Of a DNA stretch of 64,000 nt, positions 1 through 14,214 are shown piece by piece (within the stretch, counting starts at the first letter, position 1; each line of letters opens with the position of its first letter). This DNA comes from the human T2T-CHM13v2.0 reference genome, Homo sapiens. The translations under genes were made by a program, and so were the position numbers. The notes under the pieces are model-generated. The model made no database searches. It worked only from the letters and a program-made list of their open reading frames with translations, and was not told the origin of the DNA. Where the stretch lies: NCBI RefSeq assembly GCF_009914755.1, contig NC_060928.1; one strand, written 5' to 3'.

Positions 1-960
1 TTAGAAATGTGTTATTTATTTCCGGGTATTTGCAGATTTTTCTCTTACTTTTCTCTTATGGGTTTCTCATTTGTTTCCATTTTGGCCAGAAAATACACTC
101 TGTATATTTGCAGTTATTTTAACTTTGTTTAGATTTTTTAATGGCAAATGATGTGATCTATCTTGTTGAATATTTCATAGGCACTTGTAAAGAATGTGTA
201 TTTTGCTGCTGTTTGGTGGAGTGTTATATGAATGACAATTACAGTCTGTTGGTTGATGGTGTTCTGTTTTTTTCATAGCCTTGATAATTTCTGTCTAGTG
301 GTACTATCAATTTCTCAGTGATCGTTTTTTTCTTAACTATAACTGTGAATTTGTTTATTCTATTTTAAGTTTTATCAGTTTTTGCTTCAAGTATTCTGAA
401 GCTTTGTTTTTACTGTGTACATACTTAAGATTGCTATGCTTTTTGTTAGACTTACATATTAATTGTGTGTAAAGTCCCTTTCTGTCCCTAGCAATTTTCT
501 TAGCATTCTCCTTTAACTGTTATTAATATTTTTTGTTTAATGCTTTCATGTTATATAACTTTGCACTCATTTACTTTAAACTGACTTGTATTGTTATATT
601 GTTACATTTAAAGTGAGCTTCTTATAGACAACAAATAGTTGATTATTTTTTGTTTGTTGACTTTTTATCCACTATGCCAAACTTGTCAAGTTATAAACTT
701 AAACCATTTGTATTTAGTGTAATTATTTATATAATAGGGCCTAAATCTTCCTTTTCCTTTTCTGTTTTCTGTTTGATTTCTTTGTTGGTTTTTTAAAAAT
801 TTATTTGTTTTTTTTCCTGCATATCTGAGTGTTACGTAAACATTTTCTAAAATTTTATTTTTATTTATCCATAGTGGTTTTGAGTATATCTTTCTATAAA
901 TCTTTTAGTACTTGTTTTAGATATTACATTACATGTGCATAACTTATTCTAGTCTAGTGG
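1..960 (-). mobile_element. Ancient L1 (L1M-type) fragment, ORF2 endonuclease / inter-ORF region
   Basis: T-rich; motifs such as GCACTTGTAAAGAATGTGTATTTTGCTGCTGTTTGGTGGAGTGTT match the antisense of the L1 ORF2 endonuclease region; runs off the window start. Confidence 0.75.
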
Positions 961-984
961 TTTTGTTATTTTAGTGGTCAATAT

Positions 985-1325
985 AAGATAGGGAGGAAGC
1001 CAGTGTTGTGTGTGGTTATCAAGGGTAACGTAAAGGATTTTTGGGGTAATGGGAGAGTTGTGTATTGGAGTTTAATTGTTGTAATGGAACTTTATATGTA
1101 AATATAATTATACAAATACACAGATTAGTGTATGTAAAATGGTAAAATTTGAATAAGGTCTGTGGATGGTATTATCACCAATTTACTGTATTTGATTTTG
1201 TACTATACACAAACTATCACCATTGGGGAAACTGGATGAAGGACACACAAGACTTTTCTGTGCTATCTCTTTTTTCAAATTTCTGTGAACTTATGAGATT
1301 TTTGATATACAAAGGTAAAGAAAAT
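985..1325 (+). mobile_element. L1MC/L1ME-type 3' UTR fragment
   Basis: TTTGAATAAGGTCTGTGGAT...CATTGGGGAAACTGGATGAAGG...TTCTGTGAAC is typical of old L1MC 3' ends. Confidence 0.7.
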
Positions 1326-2302
1326 AAAGGTGATGCTTGATTTTTATGTGAAGTGGGGAATAAATGGAATCTTATGAAGCTCTCAAGTATAATAAAATAT
1401 GCTAAATATAACCACAAATAGTATCAGCCAAATAGTGGTTTTAACTGGACTTATCAGCAAAAATGATTTATGTTGTAATTCTCAAATTGTGTATTAAAAT
1501 TACATAAACATCCCATACTTAGCACTATGTCTTCTCTTTTTGCTCACTACAGTAACAAGTCATTCTTGTTCATAGCATGATTAATATCTTTGCATTATTT
1601 ATCTAAACATTATCTTAATGAATAATCAATCATGCATTCTAGCCCAATGAACATGGGCTATATGACAATAAAACAAATTTTTAGAAATTGGATTACTTTC
1701 ATCTAAACAATTACATTCATGTAGAAAGCAGGAGGGAAATAAAAAACCCATCGTTTTGAAAATAATGATGTTAAATTGCTGAAGGATAGTTTCTTCAATA
1801 ATTGATAAAATACGTACCACAGATAAACAGTTGATGAGTGTACTTAACTTATATGGTAAAGGTATTTAATAAACGCACTTTTAAGGAAGGAGAATAAAAC
1901 AATATAGGAGTTATACATGCCTCTATTTTATTCTGACAGGGCCGATTTGGTATAATTTTGTGTTTTTCTATTAAAATTTAATATAGAAAAAGATGATTTT
2001 AACACCTGAACTGTATTATAACATTTAACAGTATAATCAGAGGATCATTAAACGGTCTTGCCTTTTTTCCTTTTTCTTTTTCCTTTCTCTCTTAATATAC
2101 TTGTTTATATACACTTGTAAGTGTACACATATATTTCACGTTGCAGAATTAGAACCACCTTATTTATTTCTCACTTATGTACCAACATTATAGATATCAA
2201 AACCCAAAGTGTTTGTAAGATAGTTCCCTATATGCTGAATTTCTAAATAATAATTGTAAAAAATAGTAAAAGAAAAGTCAATTGGTTTCATGTTACTGGA
2301 CC

Positions 2303-2405
2303 ACTTTCCAACTTAAAAATAAAAAAAAATCAAGATACAGAGAAAAAAGATGCAAAGAACTTTCCAACTTTAAAATTTAAAAAAGTCAAGATACAGAGAA
2401 CAAAG
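2303..2405. repeat. Two-copy tandem duplication, 56-bp period
   Basis: ACTTTCCAACTT..AAAAAA.TCAAGATACAGAGAA.AAAG at 2303 and again at 2359. Confidence 0.85.
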
Positions 2406-2914
2406 TAGGAATTCTGGGAAGATTTTCTTCGAAGAGAACTGTTATCAGATATGATTTCTTTTCTTATCACCTCTACCATATTACATTCGAATTCCAAGCA
2501 CAGTAAAGGCAGCTTTGATGATATTACTCAGCGTCCTTGATTTAACATATAAAAGTGATGGTTTTTTTTAATACCTGAGAAAGCTAAAGGCCCTACATTT
2601 CCTACATCTATTAATGAAAAGATTGGATGATTCCATTTGCCAAGGACTAGGAGTCAGTTGCAGAACAGGAAAAAGAGAAATCATTGTCCAAGAGGTCTTA
2701 AGCCAGAAGACCTTAACAACCAGAGAACCGGAAAAGTGGACAATCAGATAAATGAGGGCAGAGGAGGTCCAAACAGAAAAGCATCCACAAGCCCACAAAG
2801 CACTCCTGAGTGAAATTAACTTTAAATACTGCCAGATCCAGAGATCAGCAAATAAAAAAATCCCCTGTCCCTTCACTTTTAATTTCTCTATTTCCACAAG
2901 GTAGCAGAGGAAGG

Positions 2915-2958
2915 AAAACAAAACAAACAAACAAACAAAAACAAACAAACAAAAAAAA
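2915..2958. repeat. (AAAC)n simple repeat
   Basis: Read directly from the sequence. Confidence 0.9.
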
Positions 2959-5699
2959 CGCCAGACCTTCTTTCCTAGCTACAAGTCTCCCCAAACTCTG
3001 TCTTTAGTTGCATATAGGGAAGAAGGTCTTATCTTTTGCCATAGCTTGAAGTGTTGCTTTATATCTTGTATTAGATTTCTGATTAAGACTATATTTTGAG
3101 ATTTTAAATAACTATAGAATGATCTATTAAATAGAAGTAAGCAAAGTATTATGGGCACTGGTCCAATTTTTATCCAGGACCACAGAAAAATTACTAGTGG
3201 TAGAAAAGAACTAAAAGACAAGAATAAAATATGTATTTATTAGGGTCATTCATTATGCTTGTTCAACATACAAGTTTTACGTTTTTATACTCAAACGTGT
3301 GTACATTTTTACTTCAGTAGGCTTTTCCTATTAATTCGATACCATAGTCTTGTTTTCATCCAGCAACGTTTCATGGATATTTTGTATTTCCCAAATACAT
3401 GGAATTAATAAAATATTTTAAAGACTCATTAGTTTTTTTAAAAAGTTGATGACCTGTTTTTATTTATCTGTTTGTTTTTAAGCAGCAAAATAAAGAACTA
3501 CTTTTCATATCTCTAAATGACCACATTCTATTACCTAATATATTTGATTGAATAATCTGTTCTATGAACCAGAATTTGCCTTTATAATAGACCCCTTGCA
3601 GTCCTTCTGCATATGTTTCACAAACACACTTTAAGGAAATAAAAGACTAATTTTACCAAAACATTTGAAGAATTAGTGTCCAATGTAAAACAACACTTAC
3701 ATTGTATTTTAAATAACTATATATGAATAGCACTCTCTATAAGTCATTCTCCCCTTACTGTTTGTCTCTCTTCCTGGAATCTGCTGTTTTAATATGAGCT
3801 ATCAAGAGAAATGCAGAAGTATTTTTTAAAAAGACTCAAATTTAATAGAATTGTATCAAATTCTCCTTCTTTTATTACATATACATTTATGGGCAAGATA
3901 CTTAACTTCTTGGTACCAATATTTCCTTAATTTTAAATTAAATATAAAATACACATTATAAAGATAAAGTGTTTTCAGGCATATACAGCACATAGTGTTA
4001 AGAATATTTATTTTATTTCTTCTGCATTATTTTCTTTACTTCTTTGCTGCCCAGTATCTTATTTGCTCATAAGATAAATTTGTAGTAGTCACCTTCTTCC
4101 ATAAAAGGCATGCTTAAATATCTTTGAATTAAAACCCCAAATTACTTAATAGTTTTATTGTAGCATTGTCTCCTCTGTAGTACAGCCCCTACACTGAAAA
4201 GATATTTGTATTCTACCTATTTATGTCCCTGGATTTCACTTTAATTTCTTTTTTTGGTGGTCACATAGGTTAAATCCATCACTATTATTACAGACTCTGA
4301 AAAACACACCAGTTAAAAAAAAGAAAACTACTAAGAGACTGCACTGTGGCTATTTCACATTAATGTATGTAACAAAAATAGCTACCGATTTTATACATTT
4401 ATTTATATAATGAGAGGAAGAAAAAGACACAGCAACCCTAGGCAAAAAGAATTGCAGTATCATGTTACATTCATTAACCATATAAAACCAGATGTTATTT
4501 ATCACTTCTGTAGTGAATTGCCAAGAAACCTAAACGATTAGAAAACAGGATGTTTGATTAATTACTTTCTTAGTTGATTTTTAAAATTTTGTTATTTCAA
4601 TTCCTGTTGCTGAAAATATATCAGTACATTTTCTACCTTAGCAAATATAACATGATAAATATAATTTGTTGTGAGTAAATTTTTGTTTCACATAATCATA
4701 ATTTTAAATTAATTCAAATGATATTATATTGAATATGAAGAAGCTTGAGAGTGGATATGACTTATTGTCAGAAAATAACTAAAAATATATATTTTTTAGT
4801 AAAATCATTTTACCATCCCTTTTTTCTTTTAAAAAATACTTATTTTGTGTTCACATTAACTGGATTGTCTTAGCTGAAATTTCTTTAAACATTGCTCTTC
4901 TTTACCTAGTGGCAGTATTTTTGCGCCCTGAGATATCATACTATTCATAAGAAAGAAACAAATAACAATAAACTATGTATTCTATCAACTTTTCTTTTGA
5001 GTTATGAGTCACATGTGGGCCTATTCACACTAGAAAAATATAGTACAATATATGTGATGATGCATGATAAGCATCCCTCTATGAGATAAATTAGCATTAA
5101 GCTCAATTTCCAAAGTTGCAATTTCTGTAACACATAGCACTGTCATTTATACTTTCACATGTTGAGCAGCAACATTTCCAACCTTTATGTTGTAAAGACT
5201 GAATCTGATACTATATTTAGATTCACAGCTGTTTGATTTTTTCACATATGCTTTCACTACTAAGAAGAGCTCTTAAGAATAGATAAAAAATATGTCAAAA
5301 TCTTTGTCTTTTATAGAGAAAATAAAAGTAATTTATTTTAAAAATAATTACCCCTTTTAAGACCAGCATGTACTGAGCTCTTCGCACTCAAGATTAGACA
5401 AGCCGTAAGCATGTAAATCAGGACATTTCCTAGAAGGTCATTTCAGAGAATAGAGAACCTTAAGTTTGCAGGTTTCTGTTTCCCTTGAAAAGATATCAAT
5501 ACTGAGATTACGTGACAGACAAAGGAAGAATTACTTAATTTCTACTGATACTAATTTGTCTCTGATTTATATAAAACTATTTGTTTCTTCCATGTTAACA
5601 TAAAATGCAAGTGAGGTCAAATGAAAAGTAGGTCAGGAGCTTATAACAAGACCACTATCCTTTATATCAGATATTGATTCATGACCTTTCAGTAAGGCA

Positions 5700-6220
<521 letters not shown>

Positions 6221-6299
6221 TCCTTATTTGTCTTATCATAAAAACTCTTGCACATATTATAAACTAAAACAGTAAAAAGCTTTATAAAAGGTAAAACAT

Positions 6300-7460
6300 C
6301 TTCTCAAACTTGACTTATAATTTTATTCTTGAAAAATTATCACTACCAATAAGGTCATTTGTATCAGTACAGAAAATTTTCCTAATTGTATGTTTCATTT
6401 TTATACAAGTGGGAGTATGTGACCCACATTTTCAGTACTCTCCTTTGTAATTTAATTAACAATATATCTTAAGTACTTCATCCTACAATAATATTGTAGA
6501 GTCCTTTAGAGTCTATATTGGTAATCAATAATTTAATTAGTCCTCTTAAAAGACATTTGTGTTAATTATATTTTGTGTGTGTTATTACAAAAATAATATA
6601 TAAAAACCTCAGTTTATGAGTATCTTTGGGTACAATTGACAGTAAATATGTAAAACACATTTCTACTAGATGAATTGCAGGATGAAATAATGTGTTTATT
6701 TAATTTAATAACTACTACCTGGTTACCAGTATAGGAGTGCCTATTTCCTCAAAAATTATTATTATAATAAATTCAATTCTAATGTATATCTTGATATTTT
6801 AATGTTATAAGAGATGTTCAGCATCTTTTTTGTTTCAGTCTGTTTTTGATTATGAATTATACATTCATATATTTTGTATTATCTGTTAGCCTGTTGATTT
6901 TTTCTTATTGATTTTGATCAATATTTAAATGACAAGCCTCACTACTCTACTACCTAATTGCATATATGTTTAGCTATTTGAAATTCAAATTAAATATCAA
7001 ATTTAATTATCTTTTTCTCTGTGATTTATGGGTTCATGTCTTGCCATGAAATATTTTAAAATTATCTATTTTTTCTATTGTACAGCTTATTTTTATGTTT
7101 ACATTTTTGATCATCCTAAAACACATTTTGGTTTGAGGAGATAAGTATGGTTCTTGTTTTATCTATCTGTATCTGTCTTTCTATTTATCCATTTACTTTC
7201 CATTGTGTCTAATGTGTTGTTCCACATAATTGGCAGGAATGTTTTGTCCATCTTAAAGATTGTAATGGCACCTTTTTCCTGTTCTTTCTTATTTTCTATT
7301 CATCTCTCTCTCTCTTTCTCTGTCTCTTTTTCAACATCTATATTGTCTTTCTGTATTATTTTTTATTTCATTGATATTTCTATTTCTAAACAGTATTAAA
7401 TTACTTTACTATTGCTTTTATCATTTTTGCTATAAGACTTAAAAATCCACTACAGCTTTA
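6300..7460 (-). mobile_element. Highly diverged L1ME-type fragment
   Basis: Degenerate antisense L1 3'/ORF2 motifs (GAATTGCAGGAT, CCAGTATAGGAGTGCCTATTTCCTC, GATGTTCAGCATCTTTT). Confidence 0.55.
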
Positions 7461-8163
7461 AGTGTATTTTGCTATCTAGAATTTTATATCAGTACCTTAG
7501 TGGAATTCTGACATTAACCAAGTAATTTGTGACAATGGTGCTCCTTTTTCTTTCATCTGGAAAACTGAGTAACAATAATAATAATAATATACTCCACAGG
7601 AATCTTGGCTTAACTGTTAACTGTTACAATACTTGCAAGGGGTCTTGTATATTTCAAATTCTCGTCAAAAGAATAAATTATTACTTATTTTTACTAATGA
7701 AGGTGATACTTATTAAAATCTAGTTTTCTATAGTAAAGTTAAGTGGTATAATTCTTTGGCATAAAGGATTACAGTGCAAGTCATGCTTCAATAGCTGCTA
7801 GACTCACTACCTTGACTATGAATGTATTAATATTGATAAACTTATCTCATTGTCAAACATACCTGGGACTTTTCCAACGTTCGGTAAAGCTAGATGGGAA
7901 AAACCATGATGAATTAAAATTCTAAAAGGGATTTTGACCAATATATTTTTGTGCTATAAAAAGAAATTCAGAATCAATAAGCCCATGTTTGCTTTCCCTT
8001 GTATATTGTTTAATTCTGAAATCCTGAATTGTTCAATCCTGACAAGATGTTATAGGTAGTTTAGTAGTTAAGGTTACCATTCCCCACTGTTTTTTCTCCT
8101 TCTTTGTATTCCATACTCTTTGCCACTTGACTTTGTAGTACTTTCTATTTTAGCCAGTGATTG

Positions 8164-8222
8164 TCTCTCCCTCTTTCTCCCTCTCTTTCTCTTTTTCTGT
8201 CTCTGTCTCTCTTTCTCTCTCT
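8164..8222. repeat. CT-rich simple repeat
   Basis: Imperfect (TC)n read directly. Confidence 0.85.
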
Positions 8223-11200
8223 ATCACAATTGACTTTAAACAGATCATTAAAATGGTTTTTTGTAAACCGAGACCAACAATGAAAATATAAATGGTAGGA
8301 AAATGGTTTTTAAGTCTCTGGAATTATGACTTCATTAAGAAATACAATTACTGTTTTTCAGAAGTTTTATCTCTCATAATTATAGTATCTATTTTGGCTA
8401 TTTTCATATATCTGATATATCCATAGTAAAGGTATCAAGTCTGGGAAAAGATTGAAAAAGGTCTAATTACTGCCATACATTATTGACCTCTCACTAACTT
8501 GGAAATTTGGATAAAGTAACTCAGTTAAAACATATTTCTCTCAATAATAGGTATCACAGAATTCAAATAAATTATTTGATGTAACTGAAAAATATTAAAA
8601 TAATTTTATGACTATCCTTACATATATGCTAATATTTTCCCCTTGGCCAAACTCCAGCAACATTTATCTTGTAGTCTAAGTTGTTCTTGATATATAGTGG
8701 ATTATCAAAATATATTTTTATCAAGTAAATAATAAATACATATAAACAATTAATTAAAATGTACATTTAAAATAATGATTCACATTAATTCTTCACATAT
8801 TAATTATATATAAATAACAAATCATGGGCTGTAAATTATTATGAAAATGTCTGTTAGAATAACTCAAATATATTAAAACAACATAATAATTGCTTGAAGA
8901 ATAGCAATATTTTAACCATTTCACTATAGTAATGTCTAGCCTAAAACAAATTAAAATACATTTTTAAAAGTAAAATTCTATATGAAAAGTAGAAACAGAA
9001 TTAGTTTATTTAGAGAAGATATTCTTTAACATCCACTGGTAGAATAAATTGTGTTGCTATTATTCCAAAATGTAACTTCTCAGATCAATTTAGTATTTTT
9101 GCCTCTGAGAAATATTTAAATAATTGGAGATCTCATTTTTTTCTCAGACTTGCTGTCTGCTGAGTTTGATAAATCTAAAAGTTATATACCTTTCTAGTAC
9201 CTCAGAATTTATCTTTTAGAATGTTCTGGCACCCCTACAATCCTTTGGCTTATTGAAAGCTGAAAATTCAAATATAATGCTTAAAAAAGAAAATAATCTA
9301 AGCTGTGACTAAAAGGAGTGATTTTAGCCCAGCTGATATATTTTAGTGCATTTATCTTCTGTAAGTTACCCCCACCACAATGACATGCAAAAATACAGCA
9401 CAGAAACAAACCTGCTGAGATCTCCACCTTCTCATCCTTTTATAGACAGTTAATAACGTGTGTCCATGTCATAGAATACCTTGATTGTTTTCTTATGAAA
9501 CCTCTTGGAGGTAAATGATCTTATATTTCAGGTTTCTGTTGAGCCTTAGCTCTTAGAAAAGAGCATGTCTATTACTTAAACAAAGTGATTTACAGCATAT
9601 GGATTTGGTAAGACGCTGATTTCCAGAATGCTTGACTAATGTGAGACGTGCCAACTTAAACAAAATGATTATGTCTACACATTGCCATCTTGGAAGCACT
9701 AATAGTTCTTTGGTTTAAGGCATCATAGCATCCCAGTGGGCATACTAAAAGTAAAACTCCCTTATAAGAAATCCAATTAAATGTCAAGAAAGAACCATAC
9801 CAGAAGCAAATAAATTTTTTTTCACTCTGGACTTATTTTACTGTTTCTTTTGACTATTGTGGTTATTGAACCATTTTGTAAAGATATTATTTATTTAAAA
9901 TTGAACATTTGAAACAATATATAATTTTTAAAATAATGTTTTATTTGCATGCAAATAGGATTTTATTTCTACAAAGTGAGCAAACATTAAAATATATTGT
10001 GAAGGGTTAATTTTTAAAAATGTACTCCTATCCCAGCAATAAAGTGTATAAAAACAGGTGAAGGCATGTGTAATAAGATTAACAATCTTAGTAACCAATG
10101 TAAGGTTTTAAGTTTTCATTATATAAGAAAGGCAAACAGGCCTTATCCATCTATTTGTAATCTGTAAAATCAAAGTAAATATATCAATCAAATCATACAG
10201 GTAATTAAATAGTCCACTTTTATATGAAGACAACTCATATGGTTTCAGACACAGAAGAAATCTATGGAATTACCTAACCACCAATTCAATAAAGTACCCC
10301 TACAACCCTGCAGAATAGATCTAGTGATAGGGATCTCACTAGCTAATAAAGTACCCCGTTTCTTTATTGTACGGTGTGTATTTAAAGCACACACACAATA
10401 TTACTGTGTAAAGCTAAATTCAGGCTTCTGAAAATTCAACTTGCTAATTACAAATCTAATCTCTTGAAATAGAGTAAATCTCCTTCAAGTACAATAATGC
10501 AACCATTTAACCTTATGAAGAAATATCAATTATTGTATGAATTACATCAATTTAAGAGCAAATATACCAAGGTTTTAGCATTTATATGCAGTAAACTAGC
10601 AACATTAGAATAAGCAAATAGCCAAGACAGGTCCTTTATTTATGATAACTCCAAGAGTTTGGCAGTTGTACTTATTACTACACTAGGAGCAAAGGAAATG
10701 AAAACAAATGTCACTAAAGAATATTAAACAATGTAATATTTTAACATTAATATATAAAACTTCAATATATAACATACCTAAGTAGAGATTCTCTTGTATT
10801 TTAAATAAAGATTGAAATTCCATGTGTCAAGGGGACACATACTGAGCTTCTCACTCACCTTACCTCCTGTGACAAGCCAGGTTCACCTCAGGCGAAACTC
10901 TAGTCTTTAAGGAATATAATTTGAAATAGTTAAACATAATGAAATTTGATGTGAGAACTTTTTCTATGTTGCTTTTTGATTGTAGTGGTCCTTGTCTTAA
11001 TAAAATAAAAATATATATATTTTTTCCTTTTGACGTCTGAGTCCTCAAGGGGGAGAGAAGATATGGACCTATATACCTAAGTAGAATATCAGATACCCAC
11101 ATGCTCTAACTCCATAATCATTAAGAAGATAAAATATGAGAAACAAATAAAAAATTCTAATCCTTTCAATAAATGTAACCAGTGAAGCAGCAAAGTAGGG

Positions 11201-12199
11201 CAACATTAAAAAAAAAAATTTGTTAGTCTTACGAGTGTTTATCTACCTCTGAAAAAAGGAAGTCATTTTCTATTCTTAACATGGAATGACTGATTCCAAG
11301 CGTTGATATTAAAATGATATTGCCCAGTGTCAAACCTGGAAATTGTTAAGCACTTGTATTATGCAAAATTCTGCAGCAAAGACTTCTTTGCCAGGCTACA
11401 TATTGTCCATGCTTCCTTTAAACTATATTGATATAAATGTAATTCTATTTAAAACATTGTAATGCTTGAAGCTGATTTGCTTCAATTTGGTCAATTCGAT
11501 GTATGATTTTTGTAGTAGTTAGAAGATAAAAATAAATAAGTATTTATATACTTTATAATAGAAGCAACATCATATAATAATAATATTCACTCCTTGGAAA
11601 TACTCTCACAAAATCATTCATTCACTTTGAAAGTTTGAATTCAAATATATTTGTGGCATTATATGGACAATGCACATTCATCTACCACATTTAATCTAAT
11701 TAACTCATTTATTCAGCTAATAGTCCCTGAGTGCTTATAATATTTGGTGCTGCAGTTACAACAATGAATATTAATTTGTGTTTCTCTTCATTGAATTAAA
11801 GTATAGCAATGAAGATAAGCACTGAATGCATAGTCGATAAAAAAACAAAAACAAGAAACCCTAACATTTGCAGCTCTTAATTTTATACAATTAACTCTCT
11901 GTCTTTGTGGCATTTATATGGTAATCCAGGGCCTCTCTCCGTCTTTCTTTGGAGGTTGCTTTAAGCTCGTTGTCTCTATTTCCAACATAATTCTGTCTTA
12001 ATTAGATGCCTAATCTCTCCAAAACCTATCATCATTAAGACTTTTTTCTTTCTGTTTTCCAATGTTCTTCCCAACTGCCCAATCCAGCCATTTACCTTCT
12101 ACAGGCCAAAGGTCACCTACCTTAGAAAAATGCCTTTAATTAATATACATATAATGTGTCCAGTGAATAAAGATGTGCCAGGTTGTATAATAAATGATA

Positions 12200-12860
12200 G
12201 TCATTTGATTAATAACAAGCAGAATATTCTCCATAGTCTTAATTTCAACCATCTAACTCTCTGACTGATCACCCAAGCTTTTGATCCCATTTGGACTTAC
12301 TGTTCATTGATAGTTTAATTTTATTCCTTAACAAGCTTAAATTTTAGGATAATTATTACTACATAGATATAAGCTCAACGTGTATCTACTCTCAACTGTA
12401 CTTACTTCTATTAGTAAAATAAAACCTAATATTTGGCCTTCCACCTACTTTTTGCCTGCACTCATACAGTTGAACATGGCTGAACAAAAGTGTACCACAT
12501 TGCTGGCAAGTTTTATTTTAAATTATAAAGCAATTAGTCTTATAAAGATCTTAATTTTATCCAGCATTCATAGTATACATTTGTAAACCATTCATTTTTG
12601 CATTATTCTAGATGATTAATTCATATTTTCTTTTCTCTCTTCTACCAAATCCACCTCTAACTCTTAGCTGATGACTGCTTGCTATTTCCCCAAAACACAG
12701 AAAACATTCATTACCTGTCTGCTGCACATATATTAACCTAACTCAATCTGTTCTTCGTTTCCTTTTCTTCTAATATTTTACACACTTTCTTTATTCTTAC
12801 CTTGAGTAACCTTTCTGCTTGCTTACCAAATTCTATTCTCACTTTTTGACTCAATAACAA
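12200..12860 (+). mobile_element. L2 internal fragment
   Basis: CTTAGCTGATGACTGCTTGCTATTTCCCC...CAGAAAACATTC resembles the L2 ORF2 consensus; pyrimidine-rich. Confidence 0.45.
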
Positions 12861-13070
12861 AATGTAGTAGTTGAGTAGTCATTCAACATAAACTGATAGA
12901 ATGCCAATTCTATGCCCCACATATTGGGAATGTACCAGTCCTTCAAGAGTCATTATGACATAACTTTACTCAACCACTTCATACCATCGCCTACTCTTCA
13001 CTTTTGCAGATCCCACAGTGTTCAGTAAAAGTATAATCAGGTTCAGACTCAATTCATGTTAAAATTAGTA

Positions 13071-13404
13071 GGGCCAACCCTCCATATCTGTGGGTTCCAA
13101 GTCTGTGGATTCAACCAACTGAATATCAAAAATATTCAAATTAAAAAAAGGTTGCATTTTACTGAAAATATACACGTTTTTCTTATTATTCTCTAAGCAA
13201 CACAGTATGACAATTGTTTATATGGCATTTACATTGTATTATGTATTCTAAGTAATCTAGAGATGATTTAAAGTACATGGGAAAATGTGCATAGGTTATA
13301 GGCAAATACTGCACCATTTTATATAAGACACTTGAGAATCCATGTATTATGGAATCTACACAAGTTCCTGGAACAAATCCCCTGTGGATACCAGGAGATG
13401 AATA
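13071..13404 (-). mobile_element. MER2 (TcMar-Tigger non-autonomous DNA transposon)
   Basis: Reverse complement matches MER2: GGATTCAACCAAC, AGTAATCTAGAGATGATTTAAAGTA, CCTGGAAC.AATCCCC..GGATACC; degenerate TIRs. Confidence 0.9.
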
Positions 13405-14214
13405 TTCATATTAAGAACTAGGAATTGAAGGCACCATTCCAATAATCTGTAAATTATATGTAGACTAAATTTTAAATTTATATTTTAAAGTAATGAACAC
13501 CTTTATAATGCTCAGTTTTCCCAAATAAGGAATTGCATATTACCTCCAGGTATGTATTATCTCCCAATTAAATGTTGTGGTTTTCCTTATTTTCTTAGAT
13601 TACACGCAGTATTTATCAGGTTAATTTATCTTGCAATACTACTGTAAATGGATTATTTCACAAAGTATATTCTAACAGGACATAAAAGATATAAGGAAGC
13701 ATACCTGCCATCAATAGAAAAATTTAGTTTGAAAATAATGACATATTTTATCTATAGAACCTCTTTGAAAAGGGTAATTATAAAATAACAGAATACTTGA
13801 CTTGAAAATCTGAATTTACATCTTTATATTAAGAAAAATGAAAGACTGTCACAGTAAACATGTTTTTCCATTGGGTAGAACTCAGTGGAAATTATTTCTT
13901 TTTCACAGGACAGGTTTTCTCTTATCAGCTCTGTTTTACAAACGAACATTACCAAGCCTAACCACTGTTGCTATTTGGCAGTCTGTTATTCAGGACATTT
14001 AAGGATTTTTGATGATTCACTTTAACAAGTTTTCTAAATGACCATAGTAAGTTTTCACCTATTTTTTGGATTATTAAGAAAACCATTATCACTTGTAAAG
14101 AATTATGATCTGGGTTTTTTTTGCCATAAAACATCATTATTTCTGTCGTGAATCATACCACATTAGCCAGAACCATTGGAGTCATGTTTAATAGTCATGA
14201 TGAGACCCATTATC

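Noticed and set aside
2568-2948. 126-aa hydrophobic ORF
   Set aside because: Starts in the (TTTG)n repeat; hydrophobicity reflects T-richness
5005-5017. AP-1 site TGAGTCA overlapping CACATGTG
   Set aside because: A single short motif, expected by chance in 64 kb
12790-12830. Two minus-strand GTAAG donor-like sites
   Set aside because: Inside an L2 fossil with no matching acceptor
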